DNA of 45,394 nt, from assembly GCA_037440005.1 (NCBI GenBank), contig JBBIUY010000023.1, positions 1-45,394 on the forward strand, given 5' to 3'. The stretch comes from Armatimonadota bacterium (GTDB lineage: Bacteria > Sysuimicrobiota > Sysuimicrobiia > Sysuimicrobiales > Kaftiobacteriaceae). The number at the start of each line of letters is the position of its first letter. The first letter of the stretch is position 1. A program made the translations under genes and the position numbers. This document shows positions 19,458-28,545 of this stretch, piece by piece. The notes below the pieces were generated by a model. The model was not told the DNA's origin. It searched no databases and saw only the letters and a program-made list of their open reading frames with translations.

Positions 19458-20143
19458 GCCTGCTCCCACTGCGCCCGGAATGCGGCGCGCACGCTCGCGA
19501 GGTGCTCCCGCATGGCCGCTTCCGCCCGCACGGGGTCGTGCGCCCTGATGGCGGCGGTCACCTTGGCCATTTCGCGGAAGGACCCGGTGGCGCGGTCCCG
19601 GGTGCGGAGGACGCGTGCGCGCACCGGTTGCAGGTGGGCCCGGACCAGGTCCACCACCGCCGCCAGGAAGGCGTTGCCCGATGCGGCGGCGATCGCCCGG
19701 TGGAGCTCCTCGTGGGCGGCCAGCACCCCGTCCAGGTCCCGCCGCTGCAGGGCGGCGCCGTGGGCTTTGATGAGCTCGTTCAGCCGGGCCACCGCCGCTG
19801 CCGACGCCCTCTCGGCCGCCCGCCGGGCGGTGAGGCCTTCCAGCGTCTCCTGAAGGTCGAACAGGTCCTCCAGGTCGGCCCGGCTCCGGACAGGCACCTC
19901 GAACCCCCGGCGTCCAGCCGGGCGGAGGAACCCCTCCACCTCCAGGCGTCGGAGGGCGTCCCGCACCGGGGTCCGGCTCACCTGCCAGGCGCCGGCCAGG
20001 TCCACCTCGTGGAGCCGCGTCCCCGGGGGGATCTTTCCGTCGGCGATCTGCTGGCGGAGGTGCCGGTAGATCAGCAGGCTCACGGGCTCCCGCGGGAGGA
20101 GGGGAGCGGCCAGACCGGGGACGATAGACGCAGGAGTTTTCAT
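19454..20143 (-). CDS. GntR (FadR/FCD) family transcriptional regulator
   Basis: HTH PGTRLHEVDLA..VSRTPVRDALRRLE; FCD domain LHRAIAAASGN, AMREHL. Confidence 0.9.
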   Translation of the reverse strand: MKTPASIVPGLAAPLLPREPVSLLIYRHLRQQIADGKIPPGTRLHEVDLAGAWQVSRTPVRDALRRLEVEGFLRPAGRRGFEVPVRSRADLEDLFDLQETLEGLTARRAAERASAAAVARLNELIKAHGAALQRRDLDGVLAAHEELHRAIAAASGNAFLAAVVDLVRAHLQPVRARVLRTRDRATGSFREMAKVTAAIRAHDPVRAEAAMREHLASVRAAFRAQWEQA

Positions 20144-20308
20144 GGATTCGGACGCCGGATTTCGGATACAGTATTCGGTACCCGGAATAACGAATCCTCC
20201 ACGCCCCTACCATAGAGTACCGGACATAAGTTCGCCATGGCCTATTGCCTATCGCAAATTGTTCCGGCTACCCTTGAGGGGGAAGAGTCCGGCAGAAGGA
20301 GGTGTCCG

Positions 20309-20677
20309 GTGACCTACATCATCGCCGAGCCGTGCATCAACACCAAGGACCGGTCCTGCGTGGAGGTCTGTCCGGTGGACTGCATCTACGAGTACGTGGA
20401 CGAGGTGGGCAGCTTCGTCGTCCCCGACCCGTCCACCGGGCCCGGGCCGGACAAGCAGGTCATCCCCAAGGGAGAAGCGGTTCACGTGCCCGCCGGGGGA
20501 GTACCCAAGGAGAAACTGCTGGCTCAGCTGTTCATTCACCCGGAAGAGTGCATCGACTGCGGCGCCTGCGAGTCGGTGTGCCCGGTGACCGCCATCTTCC
20601 CCGAAGCCAGCGTGCCCGACCAGTGGAAGGACTACATCGCCCTGCAGTATCAGGTGTTCGGCTTGCAGCCCAAGTGA
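20309..20677 (+). CDS. 7Fe ([3Fe-4S][4Fe-4S]) ferredoxin with ~40-aa insertion
   Basis: AGGAGG RBS + GTG; EPCINTKDRSCVEVCPVDCI and HPEECIDCGACESVCPV motifs. Confidence 0.9.
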   Translation: MTYIIAEPCINTKDRSCVEVCPVDCIYEYVDEVGSFVVPDPSTGPGPDKQVIPKGEAVHVPAGGVPKEKLLAQLFIHPEECIDCGACESVCPVTAIFPEASVPDQWKDYIALQYQVFGLQPK

Positions 20678-20768
20678 CGTCGCCTCCGGCGGCGGGACGG
20701 TGCGGCGCGGGGCGATCCCGCGCCGCACCGCGTTCCGGAAGGTCCCGACGGCGGTCTGTCCTCCACCG

Positions 20769-20797
20769 TTGCCCGCATCGCGGCCTTCCGCTATAAT
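20769..20797 (+). promoter_or_regulatory. Sigma70-type promoter upstream of the glycosyltransferase genes
   Basis: TTGCCC-17 nt-TATAAT. Confidence 0.7.
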
Positions 20798-20926
20798 TGA
20801 ACGTGAACTTACGCGTCCTAATCGCATAGGTTATCCCGCCGGACGGTCGCGTCCGGCACCTCTCCAGCGTCGGTTTCTCAATTGAGCAGCCCCCGCGGGG
20901 GCGTCGGAACGGGCAGGTGATGACCC

Positions 20927-22126
20927 ATGGAGGACCGGAACCTGCGCGACTCCGATGACCGTCTGTCCCGCCGGGCGACGGTGGCGTTCGTCAGCACCTA
21001 CCCGCCCCGGGAGTGCGGGATCGCCGCGTTTACCCGGGACCTGGTGGGGGCGCTGACCCGCGGCACCCCTCCGGTGACCGCCCTGGTGGCCGCCATGGAC
21101 GAAGACGTGGTGGCGCGGACGTACCCTCCGCACGTCCGCTGGCGGATCCTCCAGCACGACCTGGACACCTACGTGCGGACGGCCCGGGAGCTGTCCCAGT
21201 CGGGGGTGGACGCGGTCAACCTGCAGCACGAGTTCGGCCTCTTCGGGGGCGAGTGGGGAGTGTATGTGCTGCGGCTGGTGGAGCGGCTGTCGGTCCCCCT
21301 GGTGACCACCCTGCACACCGTCCTGCCCGAGCCCCCTCCCGTGGCGGCGGCCATCATCCGGGCGCTGTACGAGCACAGCGCCGCCGTGGTGGTGATGACC
21401 CGCTCGGCGGTGGAGATCCTGCGGCGGGACTACGGCCTGGACGGGCGGCGCGTGCGCGTGATTCCCCACGGCGTGCCGGTGGTGCCGTGGCAGGAGACCG
21501 AGCGGGTGAAGGCCGAGCTGGGTCTGTCGGGACGGCAGGTCCTGTCCACCTTCGGGCTGCTCAACCCCGGCAAGGGCATCGAGGATGTGCTCGACGCGCT
21601 GGTCCAGGTGGTCCCCCGCCACCCCAACCTGCTCTACCTGGTCCTGGGGGAAACCCACCCGCTGGTTCGGCGCCAGCAGGGAGAGACCTACCGGGAGCGG
21701 CTCCACGAGCAGGTGCGGCGCCTCGGCCTGGAGGACCACGTGCGGTTTGAGAACCGCTACCTGCCCGACCGGGACCTGATCCGCTACCTGCTGGCCACCG
21801 ACGTGTACATCACCCCTTACCACAATCCCCGCCAGATCGTGAGCGGCACCCTGTCCTACGCCCTCGGGTGCGGGCGGGCCGTCGTCTCCACCCCCTACCT
21901 CTACGCCCGGGAGGTTCTGGCCGACGGACGGGGCCTGCTGGTGCCCTTCCGCGCCCCGGACGAGATCGCCCGGGCGGTGATGCGCCTGCTGGAGGACGCT
22001 GCCCTGCGGGAGAGGCTGCAGCGGGCCGCCTACGGGCTGGGCCGGGAGATGACCTGGCCCCGGGTCGCCCGCGCCTACGGGGACCTGCTGGCGGAAGTCG
22101 CCGCCGCCGGAGCCGTGGCGTCCTGA
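20927..22126 (+). CDS. Glycosyltransferase family 4
   Basis: STYPPRECGIA, LQHEFGLFGG, VTTLHT, FGLLNPGKGIE, SGTLSYALGCG, VSTPY. Confidence 0.88.
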   Translation: MEDRNLRDSDDRLSRRATVAFVSTYPPRECGIAAFTRDLVGALTRGTPPVTALVAAMDEDVVARTYPPHVRWRILQHDLDTYVRTARELSQSGVDAVNLQHEFGLFGGEWGVYVLRLVERLSVPLVTTLHTVLPEPPPVAAAIIRALYEHSAAVVVMTRSAVEILRRDYGLDGRRVRVIPHGVPVVPWQETERVKAELGLSGRQVLSTFGLLNPGKGIEDVLDALVQVVPRHPNLLYLVLGETHPLVRRQQGETYRERLHEQVRRLGLEDHVRFENRYLPDRDLIRYLLATDVYITPYHNPRQIVSGTLSYALGCGRAVVSTPYLYAREVLADGRGLLVPFRAPDEIARAVMRLLEDAALRERLQRAAYGLGREMTWPRVARAYGDLLAEVAAAGAVAS

Positions 22127-22131
22127 CGCCG

Positions 22132-23241
22132 ATGCTGCCGCCGCTGTCCGTGGCCCACCTGCGCCGGCTCACCGACGGGACGGGAGTCCTGCAATTTTCC
22201 CGCTACGGCGTCCAGGACCCCGCCAGCGGGTACGCCACCGACGACAACGCCCGGGCGCTGGTGGTGGCCGCCCGGTTGCCCCGCATGCGCTGGCGCGAGA
22301 CCCTGGCCCGGACCACCCTGGGCTTTTTGCTGTACGCCCAGACCGACGACGGGACGTTCGCCCACCTGATCCGCTACGACCGCCGGCCCGACGGCCGCGC
22401 GGGCTCGGAAGACTGCCTGGGCCGGTGCGCGTGGGCGTGCGGGGAGGTCGTCGCGTCGTCGCTTCCCGACTCCCTGCGCCGCACGGCCGAGTTCATCCTC
22501 CACCGCCTGTGGCCTCACCTGGACGGCCTGCGGTCCTGCCGCGGTCAGGCGAATGCGGTCCTGGGGCTGGTCGCCTACCACCGGGCGAGCGGGCGGGCGG
22601 CGGCGAGAGATCTGGCCGTCTGTCTGGCCGACCGGTTGCTCCGGGCCCTGGCCGACCACAGCGGCGGGGAGTGGGTGTGGTTTGAGGACGTCCTCACCTA
22701 CGAGCCGGGCCGCGTGCCCCTGGCCCTGTGGGAGGCGTACCGCCTCACGGGGCTGGAGCGGTTCCGACGGGGAGCCGAGGACACCACCGCCTTCCTGGAA
22801 AGAGCCCTCCACCTGCCCGCGGGGCCCGGCAGCGGGGTCCTGGTCCCCGTGGGCAACCGGGGATGGTACCCCCGGGGAGGTCCCCGGGCGTGGTACGACC
22901 AGCAGCCGGTGGACGCGGGCAGCCTGGTCGAGCTGTACGTCTCCGCCGCGGAGGCCACCGGCCAGGATCGCTACCGCCGGCTGGCCGAGGAGGCGTTTGC
23001 CTGGTTTGCCGGGGCCAACACCGTCGGCGAGCCCGTCTACGACCCGGAAACGGGGGCGTGCCATGACGGCCTGCTGCCGGGCGGGGTCAACCTCAACTGC
23101 GGGGCGGAGGCCACCATCGCCTTCCTGCTGGCCCGCCTGAGCCTGGGCCGCCTGGTGGGGGCGGACGCCGCACGGCCCCTGCGCCCGGCCCGCCGCAGGT
23201 CCCGGGTCCTGGCCCCCCGTCCTCAGCCCGTCCCGCGCTGA
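22132..23241 (+). CDS. Six-hairpin glycosidase-like protein (domain I recall usually being fused to this GT4 type)
   Basis: HLRRLTDGTG, GYATDDNARAL, WFEDVLTY, VGNRGW, YDQQPVD, CHDGL..VNLNCGAEAT. Confidence 0.7.
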   Translation: MLPPLSVAHLRRLTDGTGVLQFSRYGVQDPASGYATDDNARALVVAARLPRMRWRETLARTTLGFLLYAQTDDGTFAHLIRYDRRPDGRAGSEDCLGRCAWACGEVVASSLPDSLRRTAEFILHRLWPHLDGLRSCRGQANAVLGLVAYHRASGRAAARDLAVCLADRLLRALADHSGGEWVWFEDVLTYEPGRVPLALWEAYRLTGLERFRRGAEDTTAFLERALHLPAGPGSGVLVPVGNRGWYPRGGPRAWYDQQPVDAGSLVELYVSAAEATGQDRYRRLAEEAFAWFAGANTVGEPVYDPETGACHDGLLPGGVNLNCGAEATIAFLLARLSLGRLVGADAARPLRPARRRSRVLAPRPQPVPR

Positions 23242-24260
23242 CGGGCGTCCCGGGCCTCCCGGCGCGCGGCCCGGAGCAGGCGGTCCGGCACCGCTGGAGC
23301 GCTCCGGACGGCGTCGGCGGCCCACTGGAGCACGGCCTGGCGGGAGACGCTGGCCACCCCGATCACGCTGTCGGCGGCGCCGTAGTACACCAGGTAGCGG
23401 TCGTCCAGCTCCACCGCCCCGCAGGTGAAGACCACATTGGGCACCAGGCCCTCGCGCTCGTACGGTTCCTCCGGTTCCAGGACCGGATTGTGCGCCCGGG
23501 CGAGGACGTGCCGGGGATACTCCAGATCCAGCAGCGCCACCCCCAGGCGGTAGGCCCGGCTGTCGTCCACTCCGTGGTAGAACAGCAGCCACCCGTAGGG
23601 GGTCCGGAGAGGAGGCGCGCCGGGCCCGATGCGGTTGCTGTCCCAGCTGCCCGGGCGGACCGACAGGACAGGTCCCAGGTCGCGCCAGCGGCGCAGGTCC
23701 AGGGAGGTCCCCAGGTGGATGTTGGGAAAGATCCGGTGGAGCAGGTAGTACCGCCCGCGGATCCGGGCCGGGAACAGGGCGCCGTTTTTGTCGTCCCACT
23801 GACCGAACGCCAGGCCCAGGCGGCGGAAGCGCACGAAGTCCCGGGTCGAGGCGATGGCGATCCGCGTCCTCCAGGGGACGCCGTTGTCGTCGAAGGGAGA
23901 CGGTCCCCTCCGGCGCACCGGCCGCAGGGCGGGGTACAGGGAGGCGGCCGTGTAGCAGACGTAGTACCGCCCGTCCAGGAACGTCACCCGCGGATCCTCC
24001 ACGCCCAACCGCTCCCAGGGGTTGTCGAGGGCGGGCTCGAAGACCGGGCGGGGGCTGCGTTCCACCACCCGCACGCCGTCCTCCAGCACCGCCAGCCCGA
24101 AGCGCGACACCCAGTCGGCGCCCTGAGCCCGGTACAGCAGCACCACCCGACCCCGGTAGAGGGCGGCGCCGCAGTTGAAGACCCACCGGTTCTCCCACCA
24201 CCGGCCGGTGGGGGTCAGGATGGGATTGCCCTCAAATCGCTGCAGGCGCGGCGCGTCCAT
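23223..24260 (-). CDS. GH130 glycoside phosphorylase/hydrolase (beta-mannoside)
   Basis: NPIL, VFNCGA, LYRAQ, GVEDPRV, DKNGALFP, GPGAPP, YHGV, PNVVFTCG, YYGAAD. Confidence 0.88.
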   Translation of the reverse strand: MDAPRLQRFEGNPILTPTGRWWENRWVFNCGAALYRGRVVLLYRAQGADWVSRFGLAVLEDGVRVVERSPRPVFEPALDNPWERLGVEDPRVTFLDGRYYVCYTAASLYPALRPVRRRGPSPFDDNGVPWRTRIAIASTRDFVRFRRLGLAFGQWDDKNGALFPARIRGRYYLLHRIFPNIHLGTSLDLRRWRDLGPVLSVRPGSWDSNRIGPGAPPLRTPYGWLLFYHGVDDSRAYRLGVALLDLEYPRHVLARAHNPVLEPEEPYEREGLVPNVVFTCGAVELDDRYLVYYGAADSVIGVASVSRQAVLQWAADAVRSAPAVPDRLLRAARREARDARQRGTG

Positions 24261-24483
24261 GGCACATCGAGGTCGGGTGATTCGCCCGGGGGTGACGGTT
24301 TCCTCCGCGGCGGGGATGCCCGCGCCCGGGTCGGTTCAGACTCACCCGGACGCACCTTCCGGAGACCGTCCAGACGCGGGAAGGGATCGGGAAGACGGGC
24401 CTCTCACGGGCAGGGGTTCCGTCCGGGCCGGGCGGGCGTCCGCGCGGCGGTCCCGCCTGGGCCGGGGAGACCTCAGGGGCGCC

Positions 24484-24678
24484 CTACCGGCTGGGGACCA
24501 GTTCCCGCTCGGGGGCGGCGGTGCCCACCGACTCCTCGCCCACCGGCTCCATGCGCACCGGGGCGGAGGGGGAGCGGGGGTCCCGCCGACCGCACAGGTC
24601 GTAGACCGCCACGATCTCGCCGAACCGCGGCTGCAGGGTGACGGTGGCTCCACACCGCGGGCAACGCCAGACTCCCAT
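24484..24678 (-). CDS. Small (64 aa) Cys-motif protein, possible zinc ribbon
   Basis: AGGAGG RBS 6 nt before ATG 24678; WRCPRCG...DLCG. Confidence 0.55.
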   Translation of the reverse strand: MGVWRCPRCGATVTLQPRFGEIVAVYDLCGRRDPRSPSAPVRMEPVGEESVGTAAPERELVPSR

Positions 24679-24834
24679 GGGCACCCTCCTCGTCTTCACT
24701 TCCACCTCGGTCGGGAGGTCCCTCCATCAGAATAACGTACCCGCCGGGCCCCGTGTTCATCCCCGGCCCCGGTGGCCCGGGGCCGTCCTTCCCGGTATAC
24801 TGGAGATCGATCGCGACACGCTTTGGGAGGGCTC

Positions 24835-25806
24835 GTGAAGGCCGTCCGCATCCACACCCACGGAGGACCGGAGGTCCTGCAGTACGAGGAGGTTCCCCTT
24901 CCCTCCCCGGGCCCGGGGGAGGCCCGGGTCAAGGTGGAGGCGGCGGGACTGAACTTTCTGGACACCTACCACCGCACCGGGCTGTACCAGGTCTCCCTGC
25001 CCTTCATCCCGGGGTCCGAGGCGGCCGGGGTGGTGGACGCGGTGGGGCCGGGAGTCGACAACCTGCGGCCCGGCGACCGGGTGGCGTGGGCCATGTATCC
25101 GGGAGCGTACGCCGAGTACGCCGTCGTCCCGGCCGCCCGGCTCGTGCCCCTGCCCGACGGCCTGGACGCCCGGACCGCCGCGGCGGTGATGGTGCAGGGG
25201 ATGACCGCCCACTACCTGACCCACAGCACCTACCCCCTGCGGGCGGGCGAGACGGTCCTGGTCCACGCCGCGGGCGGGGGGACCGGCCAGCTGCTGGTGC
25301 AGGTGTGCAAGCGGTTGGGTGCCGTCGTCCTGGGGACCGCCTCCAGCGACGAGAAGGCCCGCCTGGCCCGGGAGGCCGGCGCCGACCACGTGATCCGCTA
25401 CGACCGGGAGGACTTCGTGGACGCGGTCCGCCGGCTCACCGGCGGCCGCGGTGTGGACGTGGTCTACGACGGGGTCGGGAAGGCGACCGCCGAGAAGGAT
25501 CTGGAGGTGCTGCGGCCGCGGGGCTACCTGGTGCTGTTCGGCAACGCCAGCGGGGCCCCGCCGGCGATCTCCCCCCTGACCCTGATGGCCCGGGGGTCGC
25601 TGTTTGTGACCCGGCCCAGCCTGAGCCACTATACCGCCACCCGCGAGGAACTGCTGGAGCGCGCCGGGGCCGTCTTCGGGTGGGTGCAGCGGGGGGAGGT
25701 GCGCGTCCGCATCGCCCGGACGTTTCCCCTGGCCGCCGCCGCCGAGGCCCACCGCGCCCTGGAGTCCCGCCAGCTGTCCGGCAAGGGACTGCTGCTGCCG
25801 CCCTGA
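24835..25806 (+). CDS. qor: NADPH:quinone oxidoreductase (zeta-crystallin/MDR family)
   Basis: GGPEVL, GLNFLDTYHRTGLY, GMTAHYL, HAAGGGTG, VYDGVG, FGNASG, GSLFVTRPSL; -10 TATACT at 24796-24801. Confidence 0.9.
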   Translation: MKAVRIHTHGGPEVLQYEEVPLPSPGPGEARVKVEAAGLNFLDTYHRTGLYQVSLPFIPGSEAAGVVDAVGPGVDNLRPGDRVAWAMYPGAYAEYAVVPAARLVPLPDGLDARTAAAVMVQGMTAHYLTHSTYPLRAGETVLVHAAGGGTGQLLVQVCKRLGAVVLGTASSDEKARLAREAGADHVIRYDREDFVDAVRRLTGGRGVDVVYDGVGKATAEKDLEVLRPRGYLVLFGNASGAPPAISPLTLMARGSLFVTRPSLSHYTATREELLERAGAVFGWVQRGEVRVRIARTFPLAAAAEAHRALESRQLSGKGLLLPP

Positions 25807-25813
25807 GGGGATC

Positions 25814-26152
25814 TCAGGGCTCCTGGGCCAGGGGACGGATCTCGCGGACCCAGTACAGCCGCGCGATCTCCCGCACCCGCCGCACCGGCACGGCCCGGAC
25901 CTCCACGGCCAGGTCGCGGGTTCCCGAGACCCGCCCGAACTTCTGGAACGTCAGGATGTGGAACCGCTCGGGCGGGAACCGGAGGACCACCAGCAGGTCC
26001 ACCGTTCCCCGCTCCGAGGCGTACCGCTGCAGGTCCGCGGGGATCTTGGGCCCGGCCTGATAGGCCAGCCAGCCCTGCCAGGCGGCGGTCAGGAGCAGCG
26101 CCGCGGCCAGGATCCGGACGGGTCGGGACGCGGGAAGCCGGCGCAGGGTCAT
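25814..26152 (-). CDS. Small membrane-anchored hypothetical protein, last gene of the ABC operon
   Basis: ATGA coupling to the ATPase stop; one TM then LRFPPERFH...GRVSG...ARLYWV. Confidence 0.7.
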   Translation of the reverse strand: MTLRRLPASRPVRILAAALLLTAAWQGWLAYQAGPKIPADLQRYASERGTVDLLVVLRFPPERFHILTFQKFGRVSGTRDLAVEVRAVPVRRVREIARLYWVREIRPLAQEP

Positions 26153-26922
26153 CCTCCCGGATCCCGCACCAGCGCCAGGACCCGGGCCACCAGGCTCTTG
26201 TAGTCCGGGTCCTCCACCAGCCGCTGCCACAGGCGCGGGCGCGCCAGGGGCACGTCCACCGTCGCCCGCACCCGGGCCGGCCGGGGGGTGAGGACCACCA
26301 CCCGGTTGGCCAAAAAGACCGCCTCCTCCACGTCGTGGGTGACGAACAGGACGGTGGGCCGCCGGGCCTCCCAGATGCGGGCCAGCTCCTCCTGCAACGT
26401 CATGCGGGTCTGGGCGTCCACGCTGGCAAAGGGCTCGTCCATCAGCATCAGGTCCGGGTGGTTGGCCAGGACCCGGGCCACGCCCACCCGCTGCTGCATG
26501 CCTCCCGACAGCTCGTGGGGGTAGCGGTGTTCGAAGCCTTCCAGGCCCACCAGGGCGATGTACTCCCGGGCGATGCGCTCCCGCTCGGCGCGGGGCACGC
26601 CGCGCATCTTCAGGCCGAAGGCCACGTTGTCCAGCACCGTCTTCCAGGGGAACAGGGCGAAGCTCTGAAACACCACGCCCCGGTCCGGCCCCGGCCCCTG
26701 GATCCGGCGGCCGTTGAGCAGGATCTCCCCCCGGGTCGGGGGCAGAAACCCCGCCACGATGTTGAGGAGGGTGGTCTTGCCGCAGCCGCTGGGACCCAGG
26801 ATCGCCACGAACTCCCCGGGGGGAATCTCCAGGGAGACGTCCTCGATGGCGGCCACGTGCTCGCCGGTGTAGGGAGTGTGGTAGACTTTGCTGAGGCCGC
26901 GGATGACCAGGCCGTCGTCCAC
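26149..26922 (-). CDS. NitT/TauT-family ABC transporter ATP-binding protein
   Basis: GPSGCGKTT, VVFQSFALFPW, LSGGMQQRV, LMDEPF, FVTHDVEEA. Confidence 0.92.
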   Translation of the reverse strand: MDDGLVIRGLSKVYHTPYTGEHVAAIEDVSLEIPPGEFVAILGPSGCGKTTLLNIVAGFLPPTRGEILLNGRRIQGPGPDRGVVFQSFALFPWKTVLDNVAFGLKMRGVPRAERERIAREYIALVGLEGFEHRYPHELSGGMQQRVGVARVLANHPDLMLMDEPFASVDAQTRMTLQEELARIWEARRPTVLFVTHDVEEAVFLANRVVVLTPRPARVRATVDVPLARPRLWQRLVEDPDYKSLVARVLALVRDPGG

Positions 26923-26928
26923 GGGCGG

Positions 26929-27729
26929 TCACCCCGTCGGGCGGACCAGGCCCCAGCGTTCCACGGTGGCCCGTTCGGCGGGGCGCAGCAGCCCGGCGTC
27001 CACCGCGTACCACAGCAGGCCCAGCAGGATCATGCCCAGGATCATCTCCACCACACTCCCCGACCGGCGGGCGTCAAACATCATGAAGCCGATGCCGCTG
27101 GTCCCCACGATGATCTCGGCGGCGATCAGCGCCCGCCAGCCGTAACCCAACCCGGTGCGCAGACCGGTGATGATGTTGGGCAGGGCGCCGGGCAGCAGGA
27201 CCTCCCACAGGACCCGGGCCCGGGACGCCCCCAGGCACTGGGCGGCGCGGACCACGTCCACCGGCACGGTGCGCACCCCCAGGGCGGTGTTGAAGATGAT
27301 GGGGAAGACGACGGTGTAGACGATGACGAAGGTCATGGTGGTCAGGGTGAAGCCGAACCAGATGAGGAGGATGGGCAGCCAGGCGATGTCGCCGATGGCC
27401 TGGAAGAAGATGATCAGCGGCCAGAAGAACCGGTAGCTGATCGGGTGCACGCCGATCAGCACCCCCAGGGGGACGCCCACCAGCGCGCCCGCCGCGGCGC
27501 CCACGGCCAGGCGGGTGACGCTGTCCTGGAGGTAGGCGGGCAGGATTCCCTTGTAGGTCAGGCTGCCCAGGGCGCGCACCACGTCGCCCGGTCCCGGGAA
27601 GAACGCCCGGGGGTAGACCTCCAGCGCCACCATCAGCTGCCAGGCGCCGACCAGGAGGGCGAAGGGCGCCAGGGTCTGGACCGCCGGACGCGTCGCCACC
27701 CAGCCCAGGGCCCGCCGCACCCGCCGCAT
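26929..27729 (-). CDS. NitT/TauT-family ABC transporter permease
   Basis: IAWLPILLIWFG, AAQCLGA, LPGALPNIITGLR, LIAAEII. Confidence 0.9.
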   Translation of the reverse strand: MRRVRRALGWVATRPAVQTLAPFALLVGAWQLMVALEVYPRAFFPGPGDVVRALGSLTYKGILPAYLQDSVTRLAVGAAAGALVGVPLGVLIGVHPISYRFFWPLIIFFQAIGDIAWLPILLIWFGFTLTTMTFVIVYTVVFPIIFNTALGVRTVPVDVVRAAQCLGASRARVLWEVLLPGALPNIITGLRTGLGYGWRALIAAEIIVGTSGIGFMMFDARRSGSVVEMILGMILLGLLWYAVDAGLLRPAERATVERWGLVRPTG

Positions 27730-28544
27730 CACTGCACCACCCGGGTCAGTCCCCACCGCTCGATGGTGCGCCGTTCCAGGGGCGCCAGCAGCGACCGGTC
27801 GATGAGCACCCACAGGGCGCCGATGAGGATCATGCCCAGCACGATGACCTCGGTGCGGTAGAAGTCCCGGGCCAGAAAGATCATGTAGCCCAGCCCGGCG
27901 TTGGTGGCGATGATCTCGGCGGCGATCAGCCCGCGCCAGGCGAACCCCATGCCGGTCCGGATGCCGGTGACGATGTTGGGCAGGGCGCCCGGCAGGAGCA
28001 CCTCCACCAGGACCTGCCAGGGGCGCGCCCCCAGGCACCGGGCGGCGTCCCGCAGGACCTGGGGAATGCTGCTGACGCCCACCAGGGTGTTGTACAACAC
28101 GATGAAGAAGACCGCGTTGAAGATGATGAAGGTGATGGCGCCGAACCCGTATCCGAACCACAGGGTGGCCAGGGGGATCCAGGCGATGCCCGCCAGGACC
28201 GAGAAGAACCTGAGCACGGGCAGCAGCAGGGCCGCCAGAATCCGGCTGGAGCTGAGGGCCACCCCCAGCGGGACGCTGGTGGCCACCGCCAGGGTCGTCC
28301 CCACCAGGACCCGGCGCAGGCTCTGACCGATGTGATCGGCCAGGCTGCCCGTCCGCACCTGCTGGACCAGCGCCGCGGCCACGTCGGCGGGAGCCGGAAA
28401 GACCCGCAGGGGCACGCCGGCCAGCCGGACGGCGAGGTGCCAGGCGACCACCAGGACGGCGAAGGGGGCGGCGAACCACAGCGCCGCCCCCAGCCACCGC
28501 CATCCGGGGGATGCCCGCCGCGCCGGCACCGGGTGGGCGATCAT
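27729..28544 (-). CDS. NitT/TauT-family ABC transporter permease
   Basis: IAWIPLATLWFG, AARCLGA, LPGALPNIVTGIR, GLGYMI. Confidence 0.9.
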   Translation of the reverse strand: MIAHPVPARRASPGWRWLGAALWFAAPFAVLVVAWHLAVRLAGVPLRVFPAPADVAAALVQQVRTGSLADHIGQSLRRVLVGTTLAVATSVPLGVALSSSRILAALLLPVLRFFSVLAGIAWIPLATLWFGYGFGAITFIIFNAVFFIVLYNTLVGVSSIPQVLRDAARCLGARPWQVLVEVLLPGALPNIVTGIRTGMGFAWRGLIAAEIIATNAGLGYMIFLARDFYRTEVIVLGMILIGALWVLIDRSLLAPLERRTIERWGLTRVVQ

Positions 28545-28545
28545 C

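Noticed and set aside
18538..20300. Genomic island integrated at ssrA
   Set aside because: No integrase, no direct repeat of the ssrA 3' end seen in the window, and the downstream genes look native in composition.
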